In this document: one piece after another, positions 36,966 to 44,896 of the stretch | How positions within the stretch are numbered: the stretch's first letter is position 1 | Layout: each line of letters starts with the position of its first letter | NCBI GenBank assembly: GCA_038078835.1 | Contig: JBBTQI010000004.1 | Location: 3,352-67,351 of the forward strand | Length of the DNA stretch: 64,000 bases | Source: Patescibacteria group bacterium | GTDB lineage: Bacteria > Patescibacteriota > UBA1384 > XYA2-FULL-43-10 > 1-14-0-10-43-13 | Direction: 5' to 3' | Translations under genes and position numbers: made by a program | Notes under the pieces: model-generated | Database searches by the model: none | What the model was told of the DNA's origin: nothing | Seen by the model: the letters and a program-made list of their open reading frames with translations, nothing else

Positions 36966-37256
36966 ATGAAAAAGATGAAGACAATCATTAATATTAAAAC
37001 TGATGCAGAGACAAAGAAAAAGGCTCAGGAACTGGCTAATGAGCTTGGCGTGCCTCTGAGTACTGTTATCAATGTTTATTTGCGCCAGTTTATCCGAACA
37101 CGCGAATTTTCCTTCTCCCTGGCTTATTCGATGAGCCCCAAACTGGAAAAGATTATCGCCGAAGCGGAGAGAGACATAGCTGAAGACAAAAATCTTTCTC
37201 CGACTTTTACTAAAGCTGACGAGGCGATCAACTGGCTAAAGAATGCCAAGGGATGA
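36966..37256 (+). CDS. RelB/DinJ-family (ribbon-helix-helix) type II antitoxin
   Basis: ..INIKTDAETKKKAQELANELGVPLSTVINVYLRQFIRTREFSF.. matches DinJ/RelB; 4 nt overlap with the downstream toxin. Confidence 0.7.
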   Translation: MKKMKTIINIKTDAETKKKAQELANELGVPLSTVINVYLRQFIRTREFSFSLAYSMSPKLEKIIAEAERDIAEDKNLSPTFTKADEAINWLKNAKG

Positions 37257-37513
37257 AAGTTCGTTTTCGTAAAAGTTTTTCCAAAGATTTTGCTTGTCTC
37301 GACTCAAAAATTAGTCACGCTTTTGAAATGCGGCTGAAGGTTTTTTTTCAAAATCCTTATGATGCCAAATTGAGTAATCATCCTCTAAAAGGAAGATGGC
37401 AAGGCTATCGCAGCATTAATATTTCCGGCGACTTTCGGGCGGTTTATAAAGAAATTGATGATGAAACAGTCATTTTTGCGGCCATCGGCAGCCACAGTCA
37501 ACTTTATGGCTAA
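37253..37513 (+). CDS. RelE/ParE-superfamily (YafQ-like) type II toxin
   Basis: ..LKGRWQGYRSINISGDFRAVYKEIDDETVIFAAIGSHSQLYG matches YafQ/RelE. Confidence 0.7.
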   Translation: MKVRFRKSFSKDFACLDSKISHAFEMRLKVFFQNPYDAKLSNHPLKGRWQGYRSINISGDFRAVYKEIDDETVIFAAIGSHSQLYG

Positions 37514-38820
37514 TGGGTTGGTTATCTGTTATGTGGTCACATCTTAAGGAAAAGGGTGTGGTTTTGCCCAAAATAACGGCGGAGGAGATCTCCAAAAAGG
37601 TGGAGCCGGTTTTGCGTGAGATGGAGAGAGTTGGCGTGATGATCGATGCTTCGATTCTTGAGGGGCTAGAAGATAAACTCGAGACTCGGATATCGAAACT
37701 CGAAACTAAAGTACATAGGTTGGCGGGCCGGGAGTTTAACATCAATTCACCGCTGCAGCTGGCAGAGGTGTTGTTTCGAGATCTTCGTTTACCCTCAACC
37801 GATCTCAAACGGACCAAGACGGGCGTCTCCACGGCGGCGGGCGAACTGTTAAAGCTTAAAAGCCGCCATCCGATTATCGAGCCGATCCTGGAGTATCGGG
37901 AATTAGCTAAGCTGGTCTCAACATATTTAAAGCCCCTGCCCCGGATGGTTGATGCCGACTCCCGGATTCACACCACCTACGGCCAGGAGACCTCGACCGG
38001 CCGCATCACCTCGGCCAACCCGAATCTGCAGAACATCCCCATCAAGGGGGAATACGGCCCGGAGATCCGGCGGGCTTTTGTGGCGGCGCCGGGATGCAAG
38101 CTGGTGGCAGGGGATTACTCTCAGATTGAGTTGAGGATTGTGGCTTGCCTGGCCCAGGACAAGACAATGATGGCGGCTTTTGCCGGCGGCGAAGATATTC
38201 ACGCCCAAACTGCCTCGGAGATATTTAATGTGCCGCTAAATAGAGTCACTTCGGATCAGCGCCGGGTAGCCAAGACCGTTAACTTTGGTGTTCTCTATGG
38301 TATGAGCGCTTATGGCCTCGCACAGGCGCTGGGCATCTCGCGCGAACAGGCGGCTGATTATATTAAACGCTACTTTGAGATTCATGAAGGTATTAAAAAG
38401 TATTGCCATGATGTTATTGCCAAGGTCGCTAAGGATAAGTACACTGAGACTCTCTTTGGCTTCCGCCGGTCATTTGAAAACTTTAACCGCTACAATCACA
38501 ATTTGGTTGAGGCGGAGGAGCGGATGGCGATCAATGCGCCGGTTCAGGGGACAGCGGCGGAGATTCTCAAATTGGCGATGGTTGAATTGATCAAGAAACT
38601 GAAGGAAGTCCCTCACCCCAACCCTCTCCCTGCAGACAGGGCGAGGGAGTCTGCAAGGTTGATATTGACGGTGCATGATGAGATCGTTGTCGAGGTGCCG
38701 GCAAGGTCTGCGGAAGAGATGGCAAGACTTGTTAAAGAGACAATGGAGAGCGTGGTAAAATTATGTGTTCCGCTCAAGGCGGAGGTTGGTATCGGTCGGA
38801 ATTGGGCGGAAACTAAATAG
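37513..38820 (+). CDS. polA: DNA polymerase I polymerase (palm/fingers/thumb) domain - second polA piece; start ATG 37513 (overlaps the toxin stop, TAATG) or 37531; contains an in-frame palindromic insert
   Basis: ..DYSQIELRIVA.. (motif A), ..RRVAKTVNFGVLYG.. (motif B), ..VHDEIVVEV.. (motif C). Confidence 0.8.
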   Translation: MGWLSVMWSHLKEKGVVLPKITAEEISKKVEPVLREMERVGVMIDASILEGLEDKLETRISKLETKVHRLAGREFNINSPLQLAEVLFRDLRLPSTDLKRTKTGVSTAAGELLKLKSRHPIIEPILEYRELAKLVSTYLKPLPRMVDADSRIHTTYGQETSTGRITSANPNLQNIPIKGEYGPEIRRAFVAAPGCKLVAGDYSQIELRIVACLAQDKTMMAAFAGGEDIHAQTASEIFNVPLNRVTSDQRRVAKTVNFGVLYGMSAYGLAQALGISREQAADYIKRYFEIHEGIKKYCHDVIAKVAKDKYTETLFGFRRSFENFNRYNHNLVEAEERMAINAPVQGTAAEILKLAMVELIKKLKEVPHPNPLPADRARESARLILTVHDEIVVEVPARSAEEMARLVKETMESVVKLCVPLKAEVGIGRNWAETK

Positions 38821-38880
38821 AGTACTAAGTGTGAAAGTGAATACCGTCCCCTTTCACACTTAGTACTTTCACACTTTCAC
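38821..38880 (+). terminator. 17 bp perfect hairpin (AGTACTAAGTGTGAAAG...CTTTCACACTTAGTACT) followed by TTTCACAC heptamer repeats, immediately after polA
   Basis: Perfect inverted repeat 38821-38837 / 38851-38867; the heptamer TTCACAC also occurs in frame in the methyltransferase gene (11500-11530). Confidence 0.4.
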
Positions 38881-38891
38881 ACTTGTAAACC

Positions 38892-39851
38892 ATGTATTAC
38901 TTATTCTACGGCGAGGATACTTACTCAATACAGGAAAAGGCTTGGGCACTGGCGGCAAAGCTGCGTCAAAATCCCCAAGGTGAGTTTGGTATTGAAAAGA
39001 TTGAGGGCGTTTCTCTGACCCGCGAGATTTTCCTCGGGGCCGTTCTCTCAACCTCGCTTTTTACCGCAAAAAAATTAATCATCATTAAGAGTTTTCTCAG
39101 AGAGAATCCGGATAACGACCTGAAAAAATTTGTGGCGGAGAATCTGGGTCGAATTCCTAAAGAGACTGTTGTTCTTTTTTGGGAGGAGGGAGTTCCCGAC
39201 AAGCGGAGTGCGCTTTGGCGCGCCCTGAACCGGCCTGGACGCACCCAGTATTTCCCGGCTGTAAGCGGCACGGCGCTCAGCCAATGGATTAAAAAAAATG
39301 TCGAGATGCAGGGAGTTAAAATTTCTCCGGCGGCGGTGACAAAACTGGAGGTTTTTGTCGGCGGCGATCTCTGGCGGCTGAATCAGGAGATTCAGAAGAC
39401 GGCAAATTATTGCCGATCGGCCGGCCGGGACAAAATTGAAGTAGAGGATGTTGAGATTCTGGTAGCGGCGGCGGACAATACTACCGTTTTTAACTTAACC
39501 GATGCGGCGGCGGCAAGAGATTTGGCTCGAGCACTCCGGTCAATGTATCAGTTGCTTCGGGCCGGGGAGGATGAGATTAAGATTTTGGCGATGATTGTCT
39601 ATCAATTTCGGAACCTTCTTATTGTCTCTGATTTAGTAGCGGCCGGCTGTCAGCCGGCCGAGATCGCCAAAAAGGCCGGCTTGCACCCCTATGTGGTCCA
39701 AAAAGCTCAAGCCGCGCTTCGCGATTATCGCTCCGGAGATCTGGAGGCGATTTACCGCCGGCTGGAACAGTGCGATATTGATATCAAGAGCGGGGTGGCC
39801 TCGCCGAACCTCCTGCTTGACTTGTTGGTGACAGAGATTTGCGAAAAATGA
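38892..39851 (+). CDS. holA: DNA polymerase III delta subunit (HolA-like clamp-loader subunit)
   Basis: MYYLFYGEDTYSIQEKA... N-terminus and AAA+-like lid organisation typical of delta. Confidence 0.65.
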   Translation: MYYLFYGEDTYSIQEKAWALAAKLRQNPQGEFGIEKIEGVSLTREIFLGAVLSTSLFTAKKLIIIKSFLRENPDNDLKKFVAENLGRIPKETVVLFWEEGVPDKRSALWRALNRPGRTQYFPAVSGTALSQWIKKNVEMQGVKISPAAVTKLEVFVGGDLWRLNQEIQKTANYCRSAGRDKIEVEDVEILVAAADNTTVFNLTDAAAARDLARALRSMYQLLRAGEDEIKILAMIVYQFRNLLIVSDLVAAGCQPAEIAKKAGLHPYVVQKAQAALRDYRSGDLEAIYRRLEQCDIDIKSGVASPNLLLDLLVTEICEK

Positions 39852-39873
39852 TAAAATAAAAGCGATAATAGGG

Positions 39874-41373
39874 GTGGAGGGTGTTTTGGTTGAGACAAAA
39901 TATAAAAAGTCGGGTATTTTTGGCTTCTATCGGCGGAAAGCGATTTTCTTTGCCATCGTATTAGCCGCCGGCTTTTTGGGTTGGCGAGGTTTAACCGGCA
40001 ATCTCTTTTTGGCCGACAGGAACGCAACTCTGACTTCCACCATCAGCCAGGAAGCGGCAATTTTAGTGACGGTTGATCATAGCGGCCAAATCTTCATCAA
40101 TGGTAAAAGGTCCGGCAAGCGGGTCTCGGCTCTTAGTGACTATGATGAGGTTCGATTACCTGTCGTTGATGAATCGGGCCAATACTACGATCGGGTGGTT
40201 ATTACTCTCAAGCTGCCCGCCGCCGTTGCTTACGAAACCGAGCATGAGCTTCTGGTGATTCATGGTGTCGACAATAGCCGCTCCTACACTTCTGACGGCA
40301 GCACAATCGTTTATGAGGCAAACGGTGTCTCGGGTTACGCCACCCTCTCAATTGTCGCCAAACTTCCCAAGGGCTATATTGATTTTCCCCTGACCGAGAA
40401 AGCAAAACAGGTTCTCCTAAGGATTCAAGCCAATGTTTGGGTTGGCATTGCAATTGCCTTGCCGCTTCTGACGCTAATCTTTATGCTTCTCTTTATTTTG
40501 CGGCAGCGGAGATCGGGGCGGATTGATTTGCCCGGCGAAGAAATTACGGCGCCGCCAATGCTTATCCCGCCGGCAATTGTGGGTGTGTTAATGAATCAGC
40601 ACGTACGGGCACGCGAGGTAGCGGCAACGCTGGTTGATTTGGCCGTCAGGGGCGATATCGTTATTCTGGATAGAGATCGCGACTTTGCTTTTGGCAAGGG
40701 CAGGTTTGACCAGCGCTTGCTTGGCTATGAGAAGATTTTGTTGACAAAAATTTTCCGGGAAAGCTTGAGCTCCGATCGTCTTGAAATTGAGAAGCGAATC
40801 AATAACCATTTCTACAGCAAGAAGATCTCTCTGGTTTCTGCCGGTGTTTATGCCGTGGCGACGCGCCTGGGGTATTTTAAAGTGAATCCTCAGCGTCTTT
40901 TTGCCCAATATCGGCTGATCGGTATACTTGCCTTCTTGGTTGGCGCCGGCGGTTTTGCCCTGAGCTTACTTTATATGGCTCAGCCGCCGTATATTATTTT
41001 CTTCTGGGCAGGGATGATGATCTCGGCCCTGGTGGTTGCTTTTAGTGCCTCCAGTATTCCAATCAGGACCCCTCTGGGTCGGGAAACGATGAGCAACTGG
41101 CTGGCTTTCAAAAGATATCTCTCAAGCGCCGAGCCCATTCCATATTCAGAGAATCTGCCCCGGATTTTTGAAAAATATCTGCCCTATGCTATCGTGATGG
41201 ATTGCGAGGCGGCCTGGGCAAGGCGCTTTATTGAGCACAACTTTACTCTTCCCGGTTGGTTTCTGACTGACAAATCTGGCCTGGGGCTGGATGATTTTTG
41301 TCTCTCGCTCTTTCCCATTATCTCTTATGTCAGTCGAAGCCTGGTTGCCTTGCGCGAGCCGGGGTTTGAGTAA
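39874..41373 (+). CDS. DUF2207-family membrane protein
   Basis: N-terminal TM, extracytoplasmic domain, multi-TM C-terminal region with ..YLPYAIVMDCEAAWARRF.. as in DUF2207. Confidence 0.55.
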   Translation: MEGVLVETKYKKSGIFGFYRRKAIFFAIVLAAGFLGWRGLTGNLFLADRNATLTSTISQEAAILVTVDHSGQIFINGKRSGKRVSALSDYDEVRLPVVDESGQYYDRVVITLKLPAAVAYETEHELLVIHGVDNSRSYTSDGSTIVYEANGVSGYATLSIVAKLPKGYIDFPLTEKAKQVLLRIQANVWVGIAIALPLLTLIFMLLFILRQRRSGRIDLPGEEITAPPMLIPPAIVGVLMNQHVRAREVAATLVDLAVRGDIVILDRDRDFAFGKGRFDQRLLGYEKILLTKIFRESLSSDRLEIEKRINNHFYSKKISLVSAGVYAVATRLGYFKVNPQRLFAQYRLIGILAFLVGAGGFALSLLYMAQPPYIIFFWAGMMISALVVAFSASSIPIRTPLGRETMSNWLAFKRYLSSAEPIPYSENLPRIFEKYLPYAIVMDCEAAWARRFIEHNFTLPGWFLTDKSGLGLDDFCLSLFPIISYVSRSLVALREPGFE

Positions 41374-41384
41374 CACAAACACAG

Positions 41385-41933
41385 ATGAAATCTTCTTTGC
41401 CAAGTAAAATTCTGTACAGTAGCGGAGTGATTTTCGACGTGGCGCGCTGGGTGATTTTGATTGCCGTTATTTTGGCCTTAGTGAATACTTTCTGGTTAAC
41501 CCTGTTTTTTGTTGACGGCGTCTCGATGGAAACAAATATGCATGACGGGGAGTTGGCCCTCTTGCAGAAGAACGGTTACGCCGGCAAGAGCGAGCCGGCG
41601 CGCGGCGACATTGTTGTCGTTCAGTATCCGGGCGACCCGGAGCATCGGCGTTATGTCAAGCGGGTAGTCGGCTTACCGGGGGAGGCATTGTCTGTTTCTG
41701 CCGGCCGCGTTCTTGTTAACAACAAGGAGATCGACGAAGATTATTTGCCGGTGGATGTCACAACCGAACCGGCGGGCAGCTGGACAATTGGACCGAATGA
41801 ATATTTCCTAATGGGCGACAACCGTTTTGCCTCAAATGACAGCCGCTACTTTGGTTCGGTGGAGAAGCGTTTCTTTTTGGGCAAGGTTCTTGCCGTTGTC
41901 TTTCCGCGATTGAGATCGGCTGATGATCTGTAA
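41385..41933 (+). CDS. lepB: signal peptidase I (S26 family)
   Basis: ..VDGVSMETNMHDGELAL.. (Ser box), ..YVKRVVGLPGE.. (Lys box), ..FLMGDNRFASNDSRYFG.. Confidence 0.82.
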   Translation: MKSSLPSKILYSSGVIFDVARWVILIAVILALVNTFWLTLFFVDGVSMETNMHDGELALLQKNGYAGKSEPARGDIVVVQYPGDPEHRRYVKRVVGLPGEALSVSAGRVLVNNKEIDEDYLPVDVTTEPAGSWTIGPNEYFLMGDNRFASNDSRYFGSVEKRFFLGKVLAVVFPRLRSADDL

Positions 41934-41982
41934 AAAATGAGAACCTTATAAGTATTTAAGTTTTTAGCATTGGTTTAGAGCT

Positions 41983-42465
41983 ATGTCCAATACTACACTG
42001 GTTATTATCGCGGCACTGCTGATGCTGCCGGGGGTGGCCGGAGTTTTCCTGCCCATTTTGCCGAGCATACCGTTTATGTTTATTGTTGCCCTGATCTTTG
42101 GCGCGATTGATCACTTTGTTCATCTCTCCGGCCGGGAACTCTCAATTCTGGGAGCGATAGCTATTTTCTCGCTTGTCGTAGATTACCTCTCCGGCGTTAT
42201 CGGCGCCAAGCTGGGCGGTGCTTCGCGAGAGGCGATCTTTTACGGCCTCGCCGGTTTAATTATCGGCCTGGTTATCTTTCCGCCGCTTGGCGGCATTGCC
42301 GGTCTCTTACTTGGAGTCATCTTTGCCGAACTCCGCCGCACCGGTAATCGGCAGAAAGCACTCCGGGCCGCCGCCGGCAGTCTTATCGGCACGTTGACCG
42401 GCATGGTCATTAACTTTATTCTTGCCGTCACCTTCATCGTCCTCTTTATCTGGTTTGCAATATAG
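41983..42465 (+). CDS. DUF456-family membrane protein
   Basis: Four TM helices with the LPGVAGVFLPILP / GxxGxxxG pattern of DUF456. Confidence 0.6.
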   Translation: MSNTTLVIIAALLMLPGVAGVFLPILPSIPFMFIVALIFGAIDHFVHLSGRELSILGAIAIFSLVVDYLSGVIGAKLGGASREAIFYGLAGLIIGLVIFPPLGGIAGLLLGVIFAELRRTGNRQKALRAAAGSLIGTLTGMVINFILAVTFIVLFIWFAI

Positions 42466-42609
42466 GGCAACAACGCAAAAAGTTCCCGGTAAGGGAACTT
42501 TTTGCAATAGGTTATGTTAATAATATTGTTCGAAGCGAAGTCGAGAACTCTAAGCTAAAAACTTCTCGGCCGTCGCCGACCTCGAAGAATATTCACGAGC
42601 CTAAATGAC

Positions 42610-42957
42610 CTATTTGGCTGGTTTCCGGCGGGTGGTTTTCTTCGCCGCAGTTTTCTTCGCGACTGTCTTTTTAACAATCTTTTTGGTTTCAGACGGTAAT
42701 TCGGCTTTGGCCAAAGATTGGGCGAGTCGTGATTTCAGGCGGGCGGCTTTATTTTTGTGGATGACATGTTTCTTGGCGGCAATATCGAGCTCGTGATAAG
42801 CCTGACCAAGCTTGCTTGCCATGCCATCTTCACCCAGGCGAATACCGATTTTAACCGCCTTGGTTGCACCCTTAACCTTGGCTCGAACGAGATCATTTTC
42901 GGCTTTGCGACGATGCGAAACGATTAAAGCTTTTTTGGCTGATTTTGTTAGAGGCAT
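42610..42957 (-). CDS. rpsT: 30S ribosomal protein S20 with a Lys-rich C-terminal extension
   Basis: MPLTKSAKKALIVSHRRKAEN....HKNKAARLKSRLAQ.. matches S20. Confidence 0.85.
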   Translation of the reverse strand: MPLTKSAKKALIVSHRRKAENDLVRAKVKGATKAVKIGIRLGEDGMASKLGQAYHELDIAAKKHVIHKNKAARLKSRLAQSLAKAELPSETKKIVKKTVAKKTAAKKTTRRKPAK

Positions 42958-43045
42958 AAGACTCCTTCGGAGTAAAATTCAAAATCCAAATTACAAATGT
43001 CAAATTGTGGAGATTTAAACATTAGTTAGATTAACACAGATTGAT

Positions 43046-43074
43046 TTGACAATCAAGTCCGCATTAGCTATATT
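43046..43074 (+). promoter_or_regulatory. sigma70-like promoter (TTGACA - 17 nt - TATATT) ~135 nt upstream of the DHH phosphoesterase gene
   Basis: Near-consensus -35 and -10 hexamers with ideal 17 nt spacing. Confidence 0.4.
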
Positions 43075-43210
43075 AGAGCATCCGCGATTGTCTCTACACC
43101 TTAATTCCAATGTAAGCCACCCGATTTGCGATGCCTCTTTTAAGAGAGATAGCGGTTACTTAAAAACTATATGGTGTAACGGTGCGAGGGGTCTAGCAGG
43201 AGATTCCGCG

Positions 43211-44428
43211 ATGGAGCTCACACCAAAACAACAGGTTGTCGATATTTTTCGCAGTAAAAACAAGTTCTTACTATTGACCCATAAAAATCCCGATGGCGAC
43301 GCCATCGGTAGCTTGTTGGCGCTAAGCCTTTCTTTGCGCAAGCTGGGCAAGGAGGCAATCGCGATTTGCGGCGATACGATTCCATCTGTATATAATTATC
43401 TGCCGCAAACCGGGGAGATAGCTTGCGATCTTGGCAATATCCGGGACTTTATTATCGCTCTCGACATCAGCAAAGTGGCGGCCGACAAGGTGATGTACAA
43501 GGTGAGAGATAGCATCTTGGAGATTGTCGTTACGCCCAAATCCGGCCGTTTTGAATCTAAAATGGTTTCCTTTCCGGAGGGAAACTTGTGTTACGACGCC
43601 ATTATTGTTCTGGACGCTCCCGATCTGGAGAGGTTGGGGCCGATTTGCGAGAAGAACGCTGACGTTTTTTACGAGTTGCCGGTGGTGAATATTGACCACC
43701 ATGCCACCAACAGCCACTTCGGCCAAATCAATCTGGTGGATATTACCGCCACCTCAACCTCGGAGATTCTTGTTTCACTGCTCGAGGCGTTAACCGGCGA
43801 CCCCAAATTTATTACCGAGGAGATCGCCACGGCGCTTCTGACCGGCATCATCTCCGACACCAATTCGTTTCAGAACGCCAACACCACGCCCAAATCTCTC
43901 ACCGTGGCGGCGCAGTTGGTCGCCGCCGGCGGGCGCCAGCAGGAGATTATTCGCCATATCTACAAGACCAAGCCGCTCTCCACTTTGCGCTTGTGGGGCC
44001 GGGCCCTCTCCAATCTTCATGACGAGAAGGATTACCGCTTTGTCTGGTCGGTGCTGCACAAAAAGGATTATCTTGAAGTTGGGGCTTCTGAGGCCGAATC
44101 GGGCGGGGTGATTGACGAGCTCTTAAAAACTGCTTCCGGTATTGATTTTGCCCTCCTGCTCTCAGAGAAGAACGGCGATCTGCACGGCTCGCTTCGTTCC
44201 ACCAATCCGACCACTGATGTTTCCGAGGTTGCCAAGCTCTTCTCGGGCGGAGGCCACCCGATGGCGGCCGCTTTTCAGTTGGAGAAGACTAATCTCTTAG
44301 AGAGTGCTAACATTGTCATCCAACGGATTCGAGAATTCCAGCAGGAGCGCTACAAAGCAAATCGTTTACCGAACCTGGGAGACCAGTCTATGATTGAGCA
44401 GACGCAATCTGCCAAAGAGTCAGCGTAA
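43211..44428 (+). CDS. nrnA: DHH/DHHA1 phosphoesterase (NrnA-like oligoribonuclease / pAp phosphatase)
   Basis: ..THKNPDGDAIGS.. (DHH motif I), ..NIDHHATN.. (DHH), ..GGGHPMAAAF.. (DHHA1). Confidence 0.75.
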   Translation: MELTPKQQVVDIFRSKNKFLLLTHKNPDGDAIGSLLALSLSLRKLGKEAIAICGDTIPSVYNYLPQTGEIACDLGNIRDFIIALDISKVAADKVMYKVRDSILEIVVTPKSGRFESKMVSFPEGNLCYDAIIVLDAPDLERLGPICEKNADVFYELPVVNIDHHATNSHFGQINLVDITATSTSEILVSLLEALTGDPKFITEEIATALLTGIISDTNSFQNANTTPKSLTVAAQLVAAGGRQQEIIRHIYKTKPLSTLRLWGRALSNLHDEKDYRFVWSVLHKKDYLEVGASEAESGGVIDELLKTASGIDFALLLSEKNGDLHGSLRSTNPTTDVSEVAKLFSGGGHPMAAAFQLEKTNLLESANIVIQRIREFQQERYKANRLPNLGDQSMIEQTQSAKESA

Positions 44429-44492
44429 AATCACTCTTGTTTTTTTAGGGGCAATGTTGTAATATTCATAGTGTTGATAAAAAGGAAGAAGA

Positions 44493-44765
44493 ATGACAGA
44501 GAAGAAGACAACTGGCAAAGAGGACCTTGTTAGCAAATATCAGACTCACAAGAATGATACCGGTTCAACCGAGGTTCAGGTTGCCGTTATGACCAAAAAG
44601 ATCTCTGATTTAACCAAGCACCTAAAGGAGCACCAGAAGGACTTTGATTCGCGGCGCGGTCTTTTGATGATGGTGGGCAAACGGCGGCGTCTTTTAAACT
44701 ACCTCCACAAAATCGGCGCTGAGAATTACGCGAAAATCATCACTGATTTGGGTTTAAGAAAATAA
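44493..44765 (+). CDS. rpsO: 30S ribosomal protein S15
   Basis: ..HKNDTGSTEVQVAVMTKKISDLTKHLKEHQKDFDSRRGLLMMVGKRRRLLNYL.. is canonical S15. Confidence 0.9.
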   Translation: MTEKKTTGKEDLVSKYQTHKNDTGSTEVQVAVMTKKISDLTKHLKEHQKDFDSRRGLLMMVGKRRRLLNYLHKIGAENYAKIITDLGLRK

Positions 44766-44772
44766 TTACAAG

Positions 44773-44882
44773 AATGGATAGCAGATTGTAACAGATAGCA
44801 GATAATCTCTCTCCTGGGATGGGGAGGCAAGGCGGGGTATGAATATTCGTTATCTGTCATCTGTGATATTTGCCATCCATTC
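44773..44882 (+). promoter_or_regulatory. long imperfect hairpin (~34 bp arms) in the rpsO-pnp intergenic region; candidate RNase III processing / pnp autoregulatory leader
   Basis: GAATGGATAGCAGATTGTAACAGATAGCAGATAATC ... GTTATCTGTCATCTGTGATATTTGCCATCCATTC are near-reverse-complements. Confidence 0.45.
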
Positions 44883-44896
44883 CTGGTTGGGATGCA

